From Heterodontus francisci (taxonomy: Eukaryota), in assembly GCF_036365525.1 (NCBI RefSeq), contig NC_090410.1:9088861-9152860 (forward strand): DNA of 64,000 nt, given 5' to 3'. The notes beneath the pieces were generated by a model, which worked only from the letters and a program-made list of their open reading frames with translations, searched no databases and was not told the DNA's origin. The position numbers were made by a program, and so were the translations under genes. Shown piece after piece: positions 50,580 to 62,171 of this stretch; the stretch's first letter is position 1, and the number at the start of each line of letters is the position of its first letter.

Positions 50580-50765
50580 ATGTCAAAATCAGGCAGGCAT
50601 CACCGCGCCTCCCGCACCGACAAGCGCACCAATCTGGTCAAGATGCCCCGGCTTGTTGTCTTGCTCTCGGCTTTCTTCGCTGTCGCGGTCCCCTGCATTG
50701 TTTGGGGGTTTTATTTCACAGCTGAACAAGCTGTCGAACCACAGGCGGATTGGACCCGGCGGAAG
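50580..50765 (+). CDS. qpctl: Glutaminyl-peptide cyclotransferase-like (isoQC), coding exon 1 (62 codons)
   Basis: MSKSGRHHRASRTDKRTNLVKMPR is a basic cytosolic tail, followed by a hydrophobic signal anchor LVVLLSAFFAVAVPCIVWGFYF and ...DWTRRK. Phase-0 donor AAG|GTACGT. Splices in frame to 60535. Confidence 0.85.
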
Positions 50766-51254
50766 GTACGTGGCTCCCGACAAAAAGATTGTAACATTAA
50801 TCTGCAACAATGTGACTTCAGCAATCACACAGCCCGCAACTGCTACAGGTTCTCCCCTATTAAATATTTGAATGAATTTGATTTTAATCTTTAATCTAAA
50901 TAGATTTTTTTTTTACAAATTTAGTTTATTTTTGTAATTTAGCCTGATATGATTTTGCTGCCATCTGTTGTAAGTCCCTCTGTTAATGAAACGCCCTGGG
51001 TTGACGCCAGGTTCTATCTACGTGTCGCATCCTGTTTTGTGGGTTTATGTGCAGAATTATTTGCCCTGTTGTGTTTGTAACCGAGTGTTGCGGGGTCTTT
51101 TTGTTTCTAATTGCTACAATTGGGCAACGAAGTGGCAGATGCAGTTTATTGCCAGTATGTGTGAGGTTTTGCTTTCTTTGGAGAAAAAAATATAGTAATT
51201 TACAATTGTGAATCTTTATAAAACCTTGGTATGACCTCAAATGAACGGGGTACC

Positions 51255-54200
51255 ACAAGGATCGGTACTTGGGGCCCCAACTGTTCACTAGACATGTCAA
51301 TGATTTGGATGTGGGGACCAAATGTAATATTTCCAAGTTTGCGGATGACACAAAACTAGGTGGGAATGTGTGTTGTGAGGAAGATGCAAAGTGGCTTCAA
51401 GGGGATTTGGACAGTCTTAGTGAGTGGGCAAGAACATGGCAGGTGGAATATAATGTGGAAAAATGTGAGCTTATGCACTTTGGCAGCAGGAACTGATGTG
51501 CAGGGTATTTCTTAGATGGTAAGAGATTAGAAAGTGTAGCTGTACAAAGTGACTTGGGTGTCCTCGTCAATAAGTCACTGAAAGCTAACACACAGATGCA
51601 GCAAGCAATTAGGAAGGCTAATGGTATGTTAGCCTTTATTACAAGAGGATTTGAGTGCAGGAGTAGTGAAGTCTTGCTTCAATTGTATAGAACCTTGGTT
51701 AGAACACACCTGGAGTACTGTGTGCAGTTTTGGTCCCCTTATCTTAGGAAGGATATTATTGCCATAGAGGGAGTGCAATGAAGATTCACCAGACTTGTAC
51801 CTGGGAAGGTGGGACTGTCCTCTGAAGAGAAATTGGGGAAAATGGGCCTGTATTGTCTAGAGTTTTGAAGAATGAGAGGTGATCTTATTGAATCCTACAA
51901 AATACTGAAGGGATAGATGTGGTAGATACAGGTTAGATGATACCCCCTGGTTGGGAAGTCTAGAAGCAGGGGACACAATTTCAAATTAAGGAGGAAGCCA
52001 CTTAGGACTGAGAAGAGGAGAAGTTTCTTTAGAATCATAGAACGTTTAAGGCCACCTTCCAACATCTGGTCCGTAACCCTGCAGCTTACGGCACGTGAGG
52101 TGCATATCCAGACTCCTTTTGAATGAGTTGAGGGTCTCTGCCTCAATACCCTTTCAGGCAGAGAGTTCCAGACCCCCACCACTCTCTGGGTGAAGAAGGT
52201 TTTCTTCATCTCCCCTCTAATTTTTCTCCCAATCACTTTAAATCTATGCCCCCTTGTCACTGACCTCTCTGCTAAGCTGGATAGACCCTTCACCTCCACT
52301 CTATCCGGGCCCCTCAAAATTTTGTACATTTCAATGAGATCTCCCCTCAGCCTTCTCTGTTCCAAGGAGAACAACCCCAGCCTATCCAATCTTTCCTCAT
52401 TGCTGCATTTTTCCAGTCCTGGCATCATCTGCGTCAATCTCCTCTGTACCCTCTCTAGTGCAATTACAACATTTCTGAAATGAGGTGACCAGAACTGCAC
52501 ACAGTACTCAAGTTGTGGCCTAACCAATGAGTTATACAGTTCCAGCAGAACCTACCTGCTCTTGTATTCTGTACCACGGCTAATAAGGGAATGGGTTCCA
52601 TATGCCTTCTTAACCACCTTATCGATCTGTCCTGCTACCTTCAGGGATCTATGGACATTCAAGGTCCCTTACTTCCTCTATACTTCTCCGTATTTTCCCC
52701 ATTAATCATGTATTCCTTTGCCTTGTTTGACCTCCCCGAATGCATCACCTCACACTTCTCCAGGTTGAATTCCATTTGCCACTTTTCTGTCCATCTGACC
52801 AGACCATCAATATCTTCCTGTAGCCTGCAGCTATCCTCCTCGCTATCTACCACACGGCCAATCTTTGTGTCATCTGCAAACTTCTTGATCATACCTGCTA
52901 CATTAAGGTCCAAATTGTTAATATACACCACAAAAAGCAGGGGACCCAGTACTGAGCCCTACGGAATGCCACTGGAAACAGCCGTCCAGTCGCTAAAACA
53001 ACCGTCAACAATTACCCTTTGTTTCCTGCCACTGAGCCCATTTTGTATCCACTGCTGCATTTCCCTGGATTCCATGGGATTTTATTTTTTTTAACCAGTC
53101 TGCCATGTGAGACCTTGTCAAAAGCCTTGCTAAAATCCATGTAGACCACATCACCTGCACTACCTTCATCTTTCTTCCTTGTTACTTCTTCAAAAAATTC
53201 AATCAAAATTGTCAAACAAGATCTTCCCTTAACAAATCCATGCTGACTATCCTTAATTGATCTGTGCTTTTCTAAGTGATAGTTTATCCTGTCTCTCAGA
53301 ATAGGTTCCAATAATTTGCCCCCTACTGAGGTTAGCCTGTAACTATTCGGTCTATCCTCACTCCATTTTTAAACAGAGGTACAACATTAGCAATTCTCCA
53401 ATCCTCCGACACCACACCTGTCTCCAGTGAGGACTGGAAAATGATGGTCAGACCCTCTGCTATTTCCTCCCTTGCTTCTTTTGACAGCCTAGGATACATT
53501 TCACCTGGCCCTGGTGATTTATCAACTCTCAAGGATGCTAATCCCATTAATATTTCCTCTCTCCCTATGTTTATCACATCCAATGCTTCACACTCTTCCT
53601 CCTTAACTACAATATCTGCATCATCCCCCTCTTTTGTGAAGACAGACGCAAAGTATTCATTAAGAACCATACCAACATCTTCTGCTCCTACACATAGGTT
53701 ACCTTTTTGGTCTTTTATGGGTCCTACTCTTTCCTTAGTTATCCTCTTACTCTTAATGTATTGATAAAACATCTTTGGGTTCACCTTGATTTTTCTTGCC
53801 AATATTCTTTCATGCCCTCTCTTTGCGTCCTAATTTCCTTTTTGATTTTATCCCTCCACTTTCTATAATCCTCTCGGCTTTCTGTAGTATTGAATTCTTG
53901 GTGTCGGACATAAGCTTTCCTTTTCTGCCTTATCTTACCCTGTAAGCTCCTTGACATTCATGGGGCTTTAGATTTGGCCGTCTCACCCTTTTTCTTTGTG
54001 GGAACATGTTTACAGTGAACCCCTTGAATCTCTCCTTTGAATGTCTCCCACTGCTCTGATACTGATTTACCTTCAAGTAGCTGTTTCCAGTCCACTTTCG
54101 CTAAATCGCTCCTCAGTTTACTAAAATTGGCCTTGCCCCAATTGAGAACTCTAACTCCTGTTTAAACTCTGTGGTTTTCCATAATTATGTTTAAACTGAC

Positions 54201-55175
54201 TGAATTTAGTTATAGACTATGGATTATGATCACTACCACCAAAATGCTCTCCCACTGCCACTTCTTCCACCTGCCCATCTTCATTTCCTAAAACTACGTC
54301 TAAAACTGTGCCCTCTCTTGTGGGACTTGCTACGTACTGGGCAAACAAGTTCTTCTGAATGCACCTCAAGAATTCTGCTCCCTCAATTCCTTTCAAACTA
54401 TCCCAGTTAATATTGGGGTAATTAAAATCCCCTACTATTACTGCCTTACTGTTCTTGCACTTCTCAGAGATTTGCCAACATATCTGCTCTTCTATCTCCC
54501 TCTGACTAGTTGAGAGTCTATGGTGCACTCCCAGCAGTGTGATTGCCCCTTTTTTGATCCTTAGCTCAATCCATATGGCCTCATTTGATGAGCCTTCCAA
54601 CATATCATCTCTCCTCACAGCTGTAATAATTTCTTTGACCAAAACTGCCACTCCTCCTCCTTTCTTTTCTCCCTCCCTATCGCATCTGAAAACCCAGTAA
54701 CCAGGAATGTTGAGCTGCCATTCCTGTCCCTCCTTAAGCCATGTTTCTGTAATAGCTATGATATCATACTGCCACGTGTCTATCTGCGCCTGCAGCTCAT
54801 CTGCTTTATTTGCTATACTCCTTGCATTGAAATAGATACCATTGAGCACTGCCAAAGTCTCTCTAACCCTCATTTTCTAACCCTCATTTCCTCTGTCTTC
54901 CAGACTCATCCATTAATTTTCCGCCTTCCATTTTAATTTCTGATTTACTCAGAGGGTTGTGAATCTTTGGAATTCTCTACTCCAGAGGGCTGTGGAAGCT
55001 CAGTCATTGAGTATGTTTAAAGTAGAGATTGACAGATTTCTAAATGCCAATAATATAAAGGGATCTGGGGATAGTGTGGGAAGTAGGCATTGAAGTGGAT
55101 GATCAGCCATGATTGTATTGAATGGCGGAGCAGGCTCGATGGGCTGAATGGCCTTCTCCTCCTATGTTCCTATGT
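51255..55175 (+). mobile_element. CR1 LINE 3' half (51255-52030 and 54945-55175), split by a nested antisense CR1
   Basis: SKFADDTKLGG and LYRTLVRTHLEYCVQFWSP. Sequence breaks at AGTTTCTTT and resumes at ACTCAGAGGGTTGTGAATC. Confidence 0.85.
52031..54900 (-). mobile_element. HER1-like CR1 LINE, nearly complete degenerate ORF2
   Basis: APE IYFNARSI..IAITETWL..VGDFN..SDH; RT KSPGPG, SQHGFVKGRSC, MDFSKAFDKV, KFADDTK; C-terminus VRPQLEYCVQFWSP..WNSLP; stops and frameshifts. Confidence 0.93.
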
Positions 55176-55411
55176 TAGTATCTTGGGGGACGGGTGGGTG
55201 ATGGAGTTGAGATACAGATGTAATTATAATCTAATTGAAGGGTGGAACAGATTTGATGGGCTGAATGGCCTATACTGAGGGATTTGGGGTTCAGGTTCTT
55301 GAGATATTAAAAGCAACATATCAAGTGGATAAGGCCATTTAAAAAAAAAAATGAATGGAATACTAGGTTTGATGAACCTTTATAAAACCTTCGGATGACC
55401 TCAAATGAAAG

Positions 55412-55472
55412 GTGTGTGTGTGTGTGGTGTGTGTGTGTGTGGTGTGGTGTGTGTGTGGGTGTGTGTGTGTGT
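55412..55472. repeat. Interrupted (GT)n microsatellite
   Basis: Read directly. Confidence 0.9.
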
Positions 55473-55799
55473 CGCGCCTTTCAGGACTTCTCAAAGTGCT
55501 TTACAGCCAATGAAATACTGAAGTTGTAAAATACTGAAGTTGTAATGTAGACAACGCAGTAGCCAATTTGACCACAGCTGAAATATTGTGTACAATTTTG
55601 AGCTCCACATTATCGTAAGGATATTGAGGCAGTTAGCATCCGGTGTACTATGATGCTAACTAAGATGAGGAATTACAAAGTCTTTTTTTTTAAAATGGGG
55701 CTATTTTTGTTACAACTGAAGTAATTAAGAGGTGACTTGATGGAGATGTTTAAAATTATGAAGGGACAGCATAGATTGAAACAGATAAAGAAGATGATT

Positions 55800-56008
55800 A
55801 GTGGGTATCTGGAATGAGCTGCCTGAGGAGGTGGTGGAGGCAGGAACAGTAGCGACATTTAAGAGGCATCTGGACAGGTACTTGAATGAGCAAGGCATAG
55901 CGGGATATGGATTTAATGCAGGCAGGTGGGATTAGTACAGATAGGCATCATGGACGCGGTGGGCCGAAGGGCCTGTTTCTATGCTGTACAACTCTATGAC
56001 TCTATGAT
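55800..56008 (+). mobile_element. HER1-like CR1 3' tail
   Basis: Matches 24640-24860 (-); (CTATGACT)n end. Confidence 0.8.
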
Positions 56009-56444
56009 TACATGTAAGGAGAGTGATCATAGAATCAAAGAACACAGGAGGCCATTCAGCCCTTTGAAAGAACTATCCAGTTAACTCCACATAGCCCTGC
56101 AAATTTCTCCTTTTTTTTTCTTTTTAGTAACATAGCTAATTGCCTTTTGAAAGTGACTATTGAATCTGCTTCAGTTAGCACATTCCAGTCCATCATTAAC
56201 ATGTTGCATGGAAAAATAAACTAATTTCCCTCCTGGAATATTTGACAATTATATTAAACCTGTGTCCTCTGCTTCCCGACCTTCCTGCCACTGGAAAAAG
56301 TTTCTCCCTATTCACACTATCAAAACCCCTTCTGATTTTAAACTTCTTTGGGCAAAACTTTTGTTTTCAACACGGAAGGTTGTGAGGCAGTGGAATGTAC
56401 TCAAGGAGTTAGCGATTGACGCAGAGACCATGTATGTTAGCAAC

Positions 56445-59400
56445 TTTTATTCATTCATGGGATGTGGGTGTCGCTGGCTATGCCAGCATTTATTGCCCAT
56501 CCCTAATTGCCCTTGAGAAGGTGGTGGTGAGCTGCCTTCTTGAACCGCTGCAGTCCGTGTGGGGTAGGTATTGTGCTGGTAGCAAGGGGGTCCCAGGATT
56601 TTGACCCAGTGACAGTGAAGGAACGGCGATATAGTTCCAAGTCAGGATGGTGTGTGACTTGGACGGGAACTTGCAGGTGGTGGTGTTCCCATGTATTTGC
56701 TGCCCTTGTCCTTTTAGTTGGTAGAGGTCGCGGGTTTGGAAGGTGCTGTTGAAGGAGCCTTGGTGCATTGCTGCAGTGCATCTTGTAGATGGTACACACT
56801 GCTACCACTGTGTGCCGGTGGTGGAGGGAGTGAATGTTTGTAGATGGGGTGCCAATCAAGCAGGCGGCTTTGTCCTGATTGGTGTCGAGCTTCTTGAGTG
56901 TTGGAGCTGCAACATCCAGGCAATTGGAGAGTATTCCATCACACTCCTGACTTGTGCCTTGTAGATGGTGGACAGGCTTTGGGGAGTCAGGAGGTGAGTT
57001 AGTCACCTCAGGATTCCTAGCCTCTGACCTGCTCTTGTAGCCACAGTATTTATATGGCTACTCCAGTTCAGTTTCTGGTCGATCGTAGCCCCTAGGATGT
57101 TGATAGTGGGGGATTCAGCGATGATAATGCTGTTGAATGTCAAGGGGAGATGGTTAGATTCTCTCTTGTTGGAGATGGTTTCTGCCTGGCACTTGTGTGG
57201 TGCGAATGTTACTTGCCACTTGTCAGCCCAAGCCCGGATATTGTCCAAGTCTTGCTGCATTTCTACACGGACTGCTTCAGTATCTGAGGAGTCACGAATG
57301 GTGCTGAACATTGTGCAATCATCAGCGAACATCCCCACCTCTGACCTAATGATTGAAGGAAGGTCATTGATGAAGCAGCTGAAGATGGTTGGGCCTAGGA
57401 CACTACCCTGAGGAACTCCTGCAGTGATGTCCTGGAGCTCAGATGATTGACCTCCAACAACCACAACCATCTTCCTTTGCGCCAGGTATGACTCCAGCCA
57501 GCGGAGGGTTTTCCCCCTGATTCCCATTGACCTCAGTTTTGCTAGGGCACCTTGATGCCAGACTCCGTCAAATGCTGCCTTGACGTCAAGGGCAGTCATT
57601 CTCACCTCACCTCTGGAGTTCAGCTCTTTTGTCCATGTTTGAATGAAGGCTGTAATGAGGTCAGGAGCTGAGTGGCCCTGGCGGAACCCAAACTGCGCGT
57701 CACTGAGGAGGTTATTGCTAAGCAAGTGCCGCTTGATGGTACTGTTGATGACACCTTCCATCCCTTTACTGATGATAGAGAGTAGGCTAATGGGGCGGTA
57801 ATTGGCTGGGTTGGACTTGTCCTGCTTTTTGTGTACAGGACATACCTGGGCAATTTTCCACATTGCAGGGTAGATGCCAGTGTTGTAGCTGTACTGGAAC
57901 AGCTTGGCTAGGGGCGCGGCAAGTTCTGGAGCAGAGGTCTTCATTACTATTGCCGGGATATTGTCAGGGGCCCACTGCCTTTGCAGTATCCAGTGCCTTC
58001 AGTCGTTTCTTGATATCACGCGGAGTGAATCGAATTGGCTGAAGTCTGGCATCTGTAATGCTGGGGACTTCAGGAGGAGGCCGAGATGGATCAACAACTC
58101 GGCACTTCTGGCTGAAGATTGTTGCAAATGCTTCTGCCTTATCTTTCGCACTGATGTGCTGGGCTCCCCCATCATTGAGGATGGGGATATTTGTGGAGCC
58201 ACCTCCTTCAGTTAGTTGTTTAATTGTCCACCACCATTCACGGCTGGATGTGGCAGGATTGCAGAGCTTAGATCTGATCCGTTGGTTATGGGATCGCTTA
58301 GCTCTGTCTATCGCATGCTGCTTATGCAGTTTGGCACGCAGATAGTCCTGTGTTGTAGCTTCACCAGGTTGACACCTCATTTTGAGGTATGCCTGGTGCT
58401 GTTCCTGGCATGCCCTCCTGCACTCTTCATTGAACTAGGGTTGGTCTCCTGGCTTGATGGTAGAGTGGGGGATATGCCGGGCCATGAGGTTACAGATTGT
58501 GGTTGAGTACAATTCTGCTGCTGCTGATGGCCCACAGCTCCTCATGGATGCCCAGTTTTGCATTGCTAGAACTGTTTGAAATCTATCCCATTTAGCACTG
58601 TGGTAGTGCCACACAACACGATGGACGGTATCCTCAATGTGAAGGCGGGACTTCATCTCCACAAGGACTGTGCGGTGGTCACTCCTACCAATACTGTCAT
58701 CGACAGATGCCTCTGCGGCAGGCAGATTGGTGAGGACGAGGTCAAGTATGTTTTCCCCTCTTGTTGGTTCCCTCACCACCTGCCGCATACCCAGTCTAGC
58801 AGATATGTCCTTTAGGGCTCGATCAGTAGTGGTGTTACCGAGCCACACTTGGTGATGGACATTGAAGTCCCCCACCCAAAGTACATTCTGTGCCCTCGCG
58901 ACCCTCCGTGCTTCCTCCAAGTGCTGTTCAACATGGAGGAGTACTGAGTCATCAGCTGAGGGAGGGCGGTAGGTGGTAATCAGCGGGAGGTTTCCTTATC
59001 CATGTTTGATCTGATGCCATGAGACTTCATGGGGTCCCGAGTCAATGTTGAGGACTCCCAGGGCAACTCCCTTCCTGCTGTATACCACTGTGCCACCACC
59101 TCTGGTGGGTCTGTCCTGCTGGTGGGACAGGACATACCTGGTGATGGCAGTGTCTGGGACATTGTCAGTCAGGTATGATTCTGTGAGTATGACTATGTCG
59201 GGCTGTTGCTTGACTAGTCTGTGGGACAGCTCTCCCAACTTTGGTACAAGCCCCCTGATGTTAGTAAGGAGGACTTTGCAGGGTTGACGGGGCTGGGTTT
59301 GCCATTGTAGTTTCCGGTGCCTAGGTCGATGCCGGGTGACCCGTCCGGTTTCATTCCTTTTTATTGACTTTGTAGCGGTTAGGTACAACTGAGTGGCTTG

Positions 59401-59671
59401 CTCGGCCATTTCAGAGGGCATGTAAGAGTTAACCACATTGCTGTGGGTCTGGAGTCACATGTAGGCCAGACCAGGTAAGGACAGGAGATTTCCTTCCCTA
59501 AAGGACATTAGTGAATTTTTACAACCATCAACAATGATTTCATGGCCATCTAGTTTTTTAATTCCAGATTTATTAATTGAATTCAAATTTCATCTTCTGC
59601 TGTGGTGGGATTTGAACCCATGTCCCTGGGTCTCTGATCCAGTGACAATACCACTATGCCACCGCCTCCCC
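56445..59671 (-). mobile_element. Full-length 3.2-kb single-ORF CR1/L2-group LINE with a tRNA-derived 5' head (this copy is frameshifted)
   Basis: A box TGGCATAGTGG (59651-59661) and B box GGTTCAAATCC (59608-59618). ORF pieces 58996-59436, 58435-58920, 57964-58380, 57003-57944 and 56503-57006 assemble into APE (LLTNIRGL, LTESYL, GGG, VGDFN, SDH) plus RT (NYRPISLL, QFGFR, GVPQGSVLGP, FADD). Tail (GAAT)2 AAAA. Confidence 0.92.
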
Positions 59672-59994
59672 TCAGAATGGATTTGATAGGTAGTTGAAGA
59701 AAACGGGAATAATCGGAGTGAAACGGGCACGTGGGATTAGGATACTGCTGATGTGGAGGATTAGCACCAACTTGGAATGACTGGGCTCCATCTCAGTTGT
59801 GAATTATCTTTAGCTAACTCGGGACAGACTGGGAATCAAAACTAGGATCTTCTCATCTGTGTGGATTGGTCACAGGTGTGTAATCAGGAGAATTATCTGA
59901 ATTTTTTCAATTATTTCTGTGTTAGGTTAAAGTTGTGTCCATCTTGACTGGTGGTTTCAGTGAAATTCACTCTCCTCTTCCGCCCTCTGTAAAC

Positions 59995-60460
59995 CCATAG
60001 TTCATCTAAAACTCGGCTGCCCCCGGATCCTAACTCGGACCAAGTCCTGTTAACCCGTCACTTCTATTCTTGACGACCGACGTTGGCTTCCAGTTCAGCA
60101 ACGCCTCAAATTTAAAATTCTCCTTATCTCTCTAATCTTCTCCAGCCCTACAAACGTCCGAGATCTCTGTGCTCCTCCATCTCTGATCTTTTGTGCATCT
60201 CCAGTATCTTTTGTTCCACTGTTGGTGGCCGTGCCTTCAGCTGTCTAGGCCCCAAGCCCTAGAATTTCCTCCCTAAACCTCTCTGTCTCTCTATCTGTCT
60301 CTTCTCCTTTTAAGACACTGCTTAAAAAAACAAACTATCTCTTTGCCTGTCCTAATATCTCCTCCTGTGGCCCAATGTCAAATTTTGTCTGATAACTCTC
60401 CTGGAAAGTGGCTTGGGACATTTGGCTATGTTAAAGGCACTTTATAAATATAAGTTATTC
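59995..60460 (+). mobile_element. L2-type LINE 3' end
   Basis: Conserved L2 3' region and AAAGGCACTTTATAAATATAAG tail. Confidence 0.72.
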
Positions 60461-60534
60461 TTTCAGTTCCTCATGGTTAGATTGAATGAAAATTACACTC
60501 CTGTTGTATTCTTAAACATTTGCTTTTAAAACAG

Positions 60535-60681
60535 TTTGAACACAAACCAAAGAGCGTCATGTCAAGTCAAGTGAGGCACCTCGCCTCGCTCATCGACTTC
60601 CAACGTCTGTGGAATGTTTTCTTGATGCCAATGCTAATCGAGCGATACCCAGGGTCAGGGGGAATCGAATTTGTCCGTCAG
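60535..60681 (+). CDS. qpctl: qpctl coding exon 2 (49 codons; not called in the ORF track)
   Basis: Acceptor TTTGCTTTTAAAACAG| and donor CAG|GTACGT, 147 nt, phase 0/0. Translates FEHKPKSVMSSQVRHLASLIDFQRLWNVFLMPMLIERYPGSGGIEFVRQ, resembling QPCT LLIERYPGS and QPCTL DPQRLW..L.PLL. Confidence 0.92.
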
Positions 60682-62171
60682 GTACGTTCGTAGCTGAAAT
60701 ATTTCTTTTGTTGTTGTGGTTTCAGAATCAACTCCCACGATTTTTCAAAGGTACTCCTGATAGCAACCAAGCTCGGGTCTCAAGCAAATGTGGAACTGAA
60801 AGGGGTTGTTACAATTCAGGATGTTTCCCAATACTCCATTCACATAAAGCCACTGCTTTCTAGTGTGACATCTTCAGTCTGTATTGTATACATTTTCATG
60901 CGTTCGGGCTCTAATAAATGCCAGTTATTGTGTCATTCAGGCTAAACAATAAATTGAATTTACTGTAAGAAATAAAATTATACAGACACAAAACAATATA
61001 ATTCCAAAGATAAACATAACAGATACAGATCTTGGCAATGCTGCTGTTTCTGTCTTCTAAGGGAAACCCACTGCTCAGCTTATTAGCCCAATCAGTCCGT
61101 TGAGAGGGACATTTGTTCAGTGGATTCCATGAACACAGAAAGACCCTGTGAAAATTATCAATGCATTTCAACTTTTTACTGTTGGCGACATTGATAATTT
61201 TCATGTGCTCTCTCCAAGTTTGGGAGACTTCACTTGACAAATTGTAACCTGTGAAAGGCATCCTGCACTTCCCACTGGTAATAAAGGCCTGTGCTTGAAG
61301 GGGGTAAATACAAAACTAATCTATGGAAACATGGAATCATAGAGTGGTACTGCACAGAAGGAGGCTATTCGGCCCATCATGCCTGTGTTAGAGCTAGTAA
61401 ATTAATCCCACTCCATCTACTCTTTCTCTGTAGCCCTGCAATTTCTTCCCCTTCAAGTATTTATCCAATTCCTTTTGAAAGTTGCTATTGAATCTGCTTC
61501 CACTGCCCTTTCAGGCAGTGCGTTCCAGATCCCAACTCACTCTGTAACACATTTATGGAACAGGCTCCCTAAGTGGAGTGAGATATTATTGATTTAATTA
61601 AAATTAGATTTCTTTCACAAGTTAATATTTTGCAATACAGTATAAGAGTAACTGGAGACATGACGTGTTGGGAGAAACTTTGGACTTACGGTTCGCAAAA
61701 CTCTCCACCACAAGGATTTTCCTCGCCTTGTGTCTGGGTCTGTTGTAAACTAGTTGATGGAGATTGCTGTATTATCACAGGGCTGAAGGCAGTGAATGAG
61801 CCTGGATCTTTTTTTTTGATCTGGAAATCCCTATTTTTCGATGAACTTCAACACTGAGCCGGGGGGGGGCAAGTTTGAGGGAGTGGAAAAGTTGCATAAT
61901 CAGTGATTCATTAAAATAATGCGCTGAGATCCTGGCCAGGCAGCCTCTCAATTCAGATTTACTGCATTGGAGTCACTCAAGGAGGCTGTGGTGAGTGATA
62001 GGTTTCAATAGAACATATAAAATTCTTAGAGGGTTTGTCAAGGTAGAGGCTGACTGGAGAGTCTAGACGTACGATAACCTACACGGCTACAGAAAGTAGG
62101 ATTATGCTGGATAGCCCTTTTGTGGCTGGCATAGACACAAGGGGCCAAATGGCCTCCTGTTTTATTAATTT

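Noticed and set aside
50766-50894. C-terminal part of ORF 50562-50894
   Set aside because: Read-through into the intron past the AAG|GTACGT donor. The real frame continues at 60535.
57003-57944. Intact 313-aa RT ORF as a domesticated gene or active element
   Set aside because: Neighbouring parts of the same element carry frameshifts and stops, so this copy is dead. The interest lies in the family architecture.
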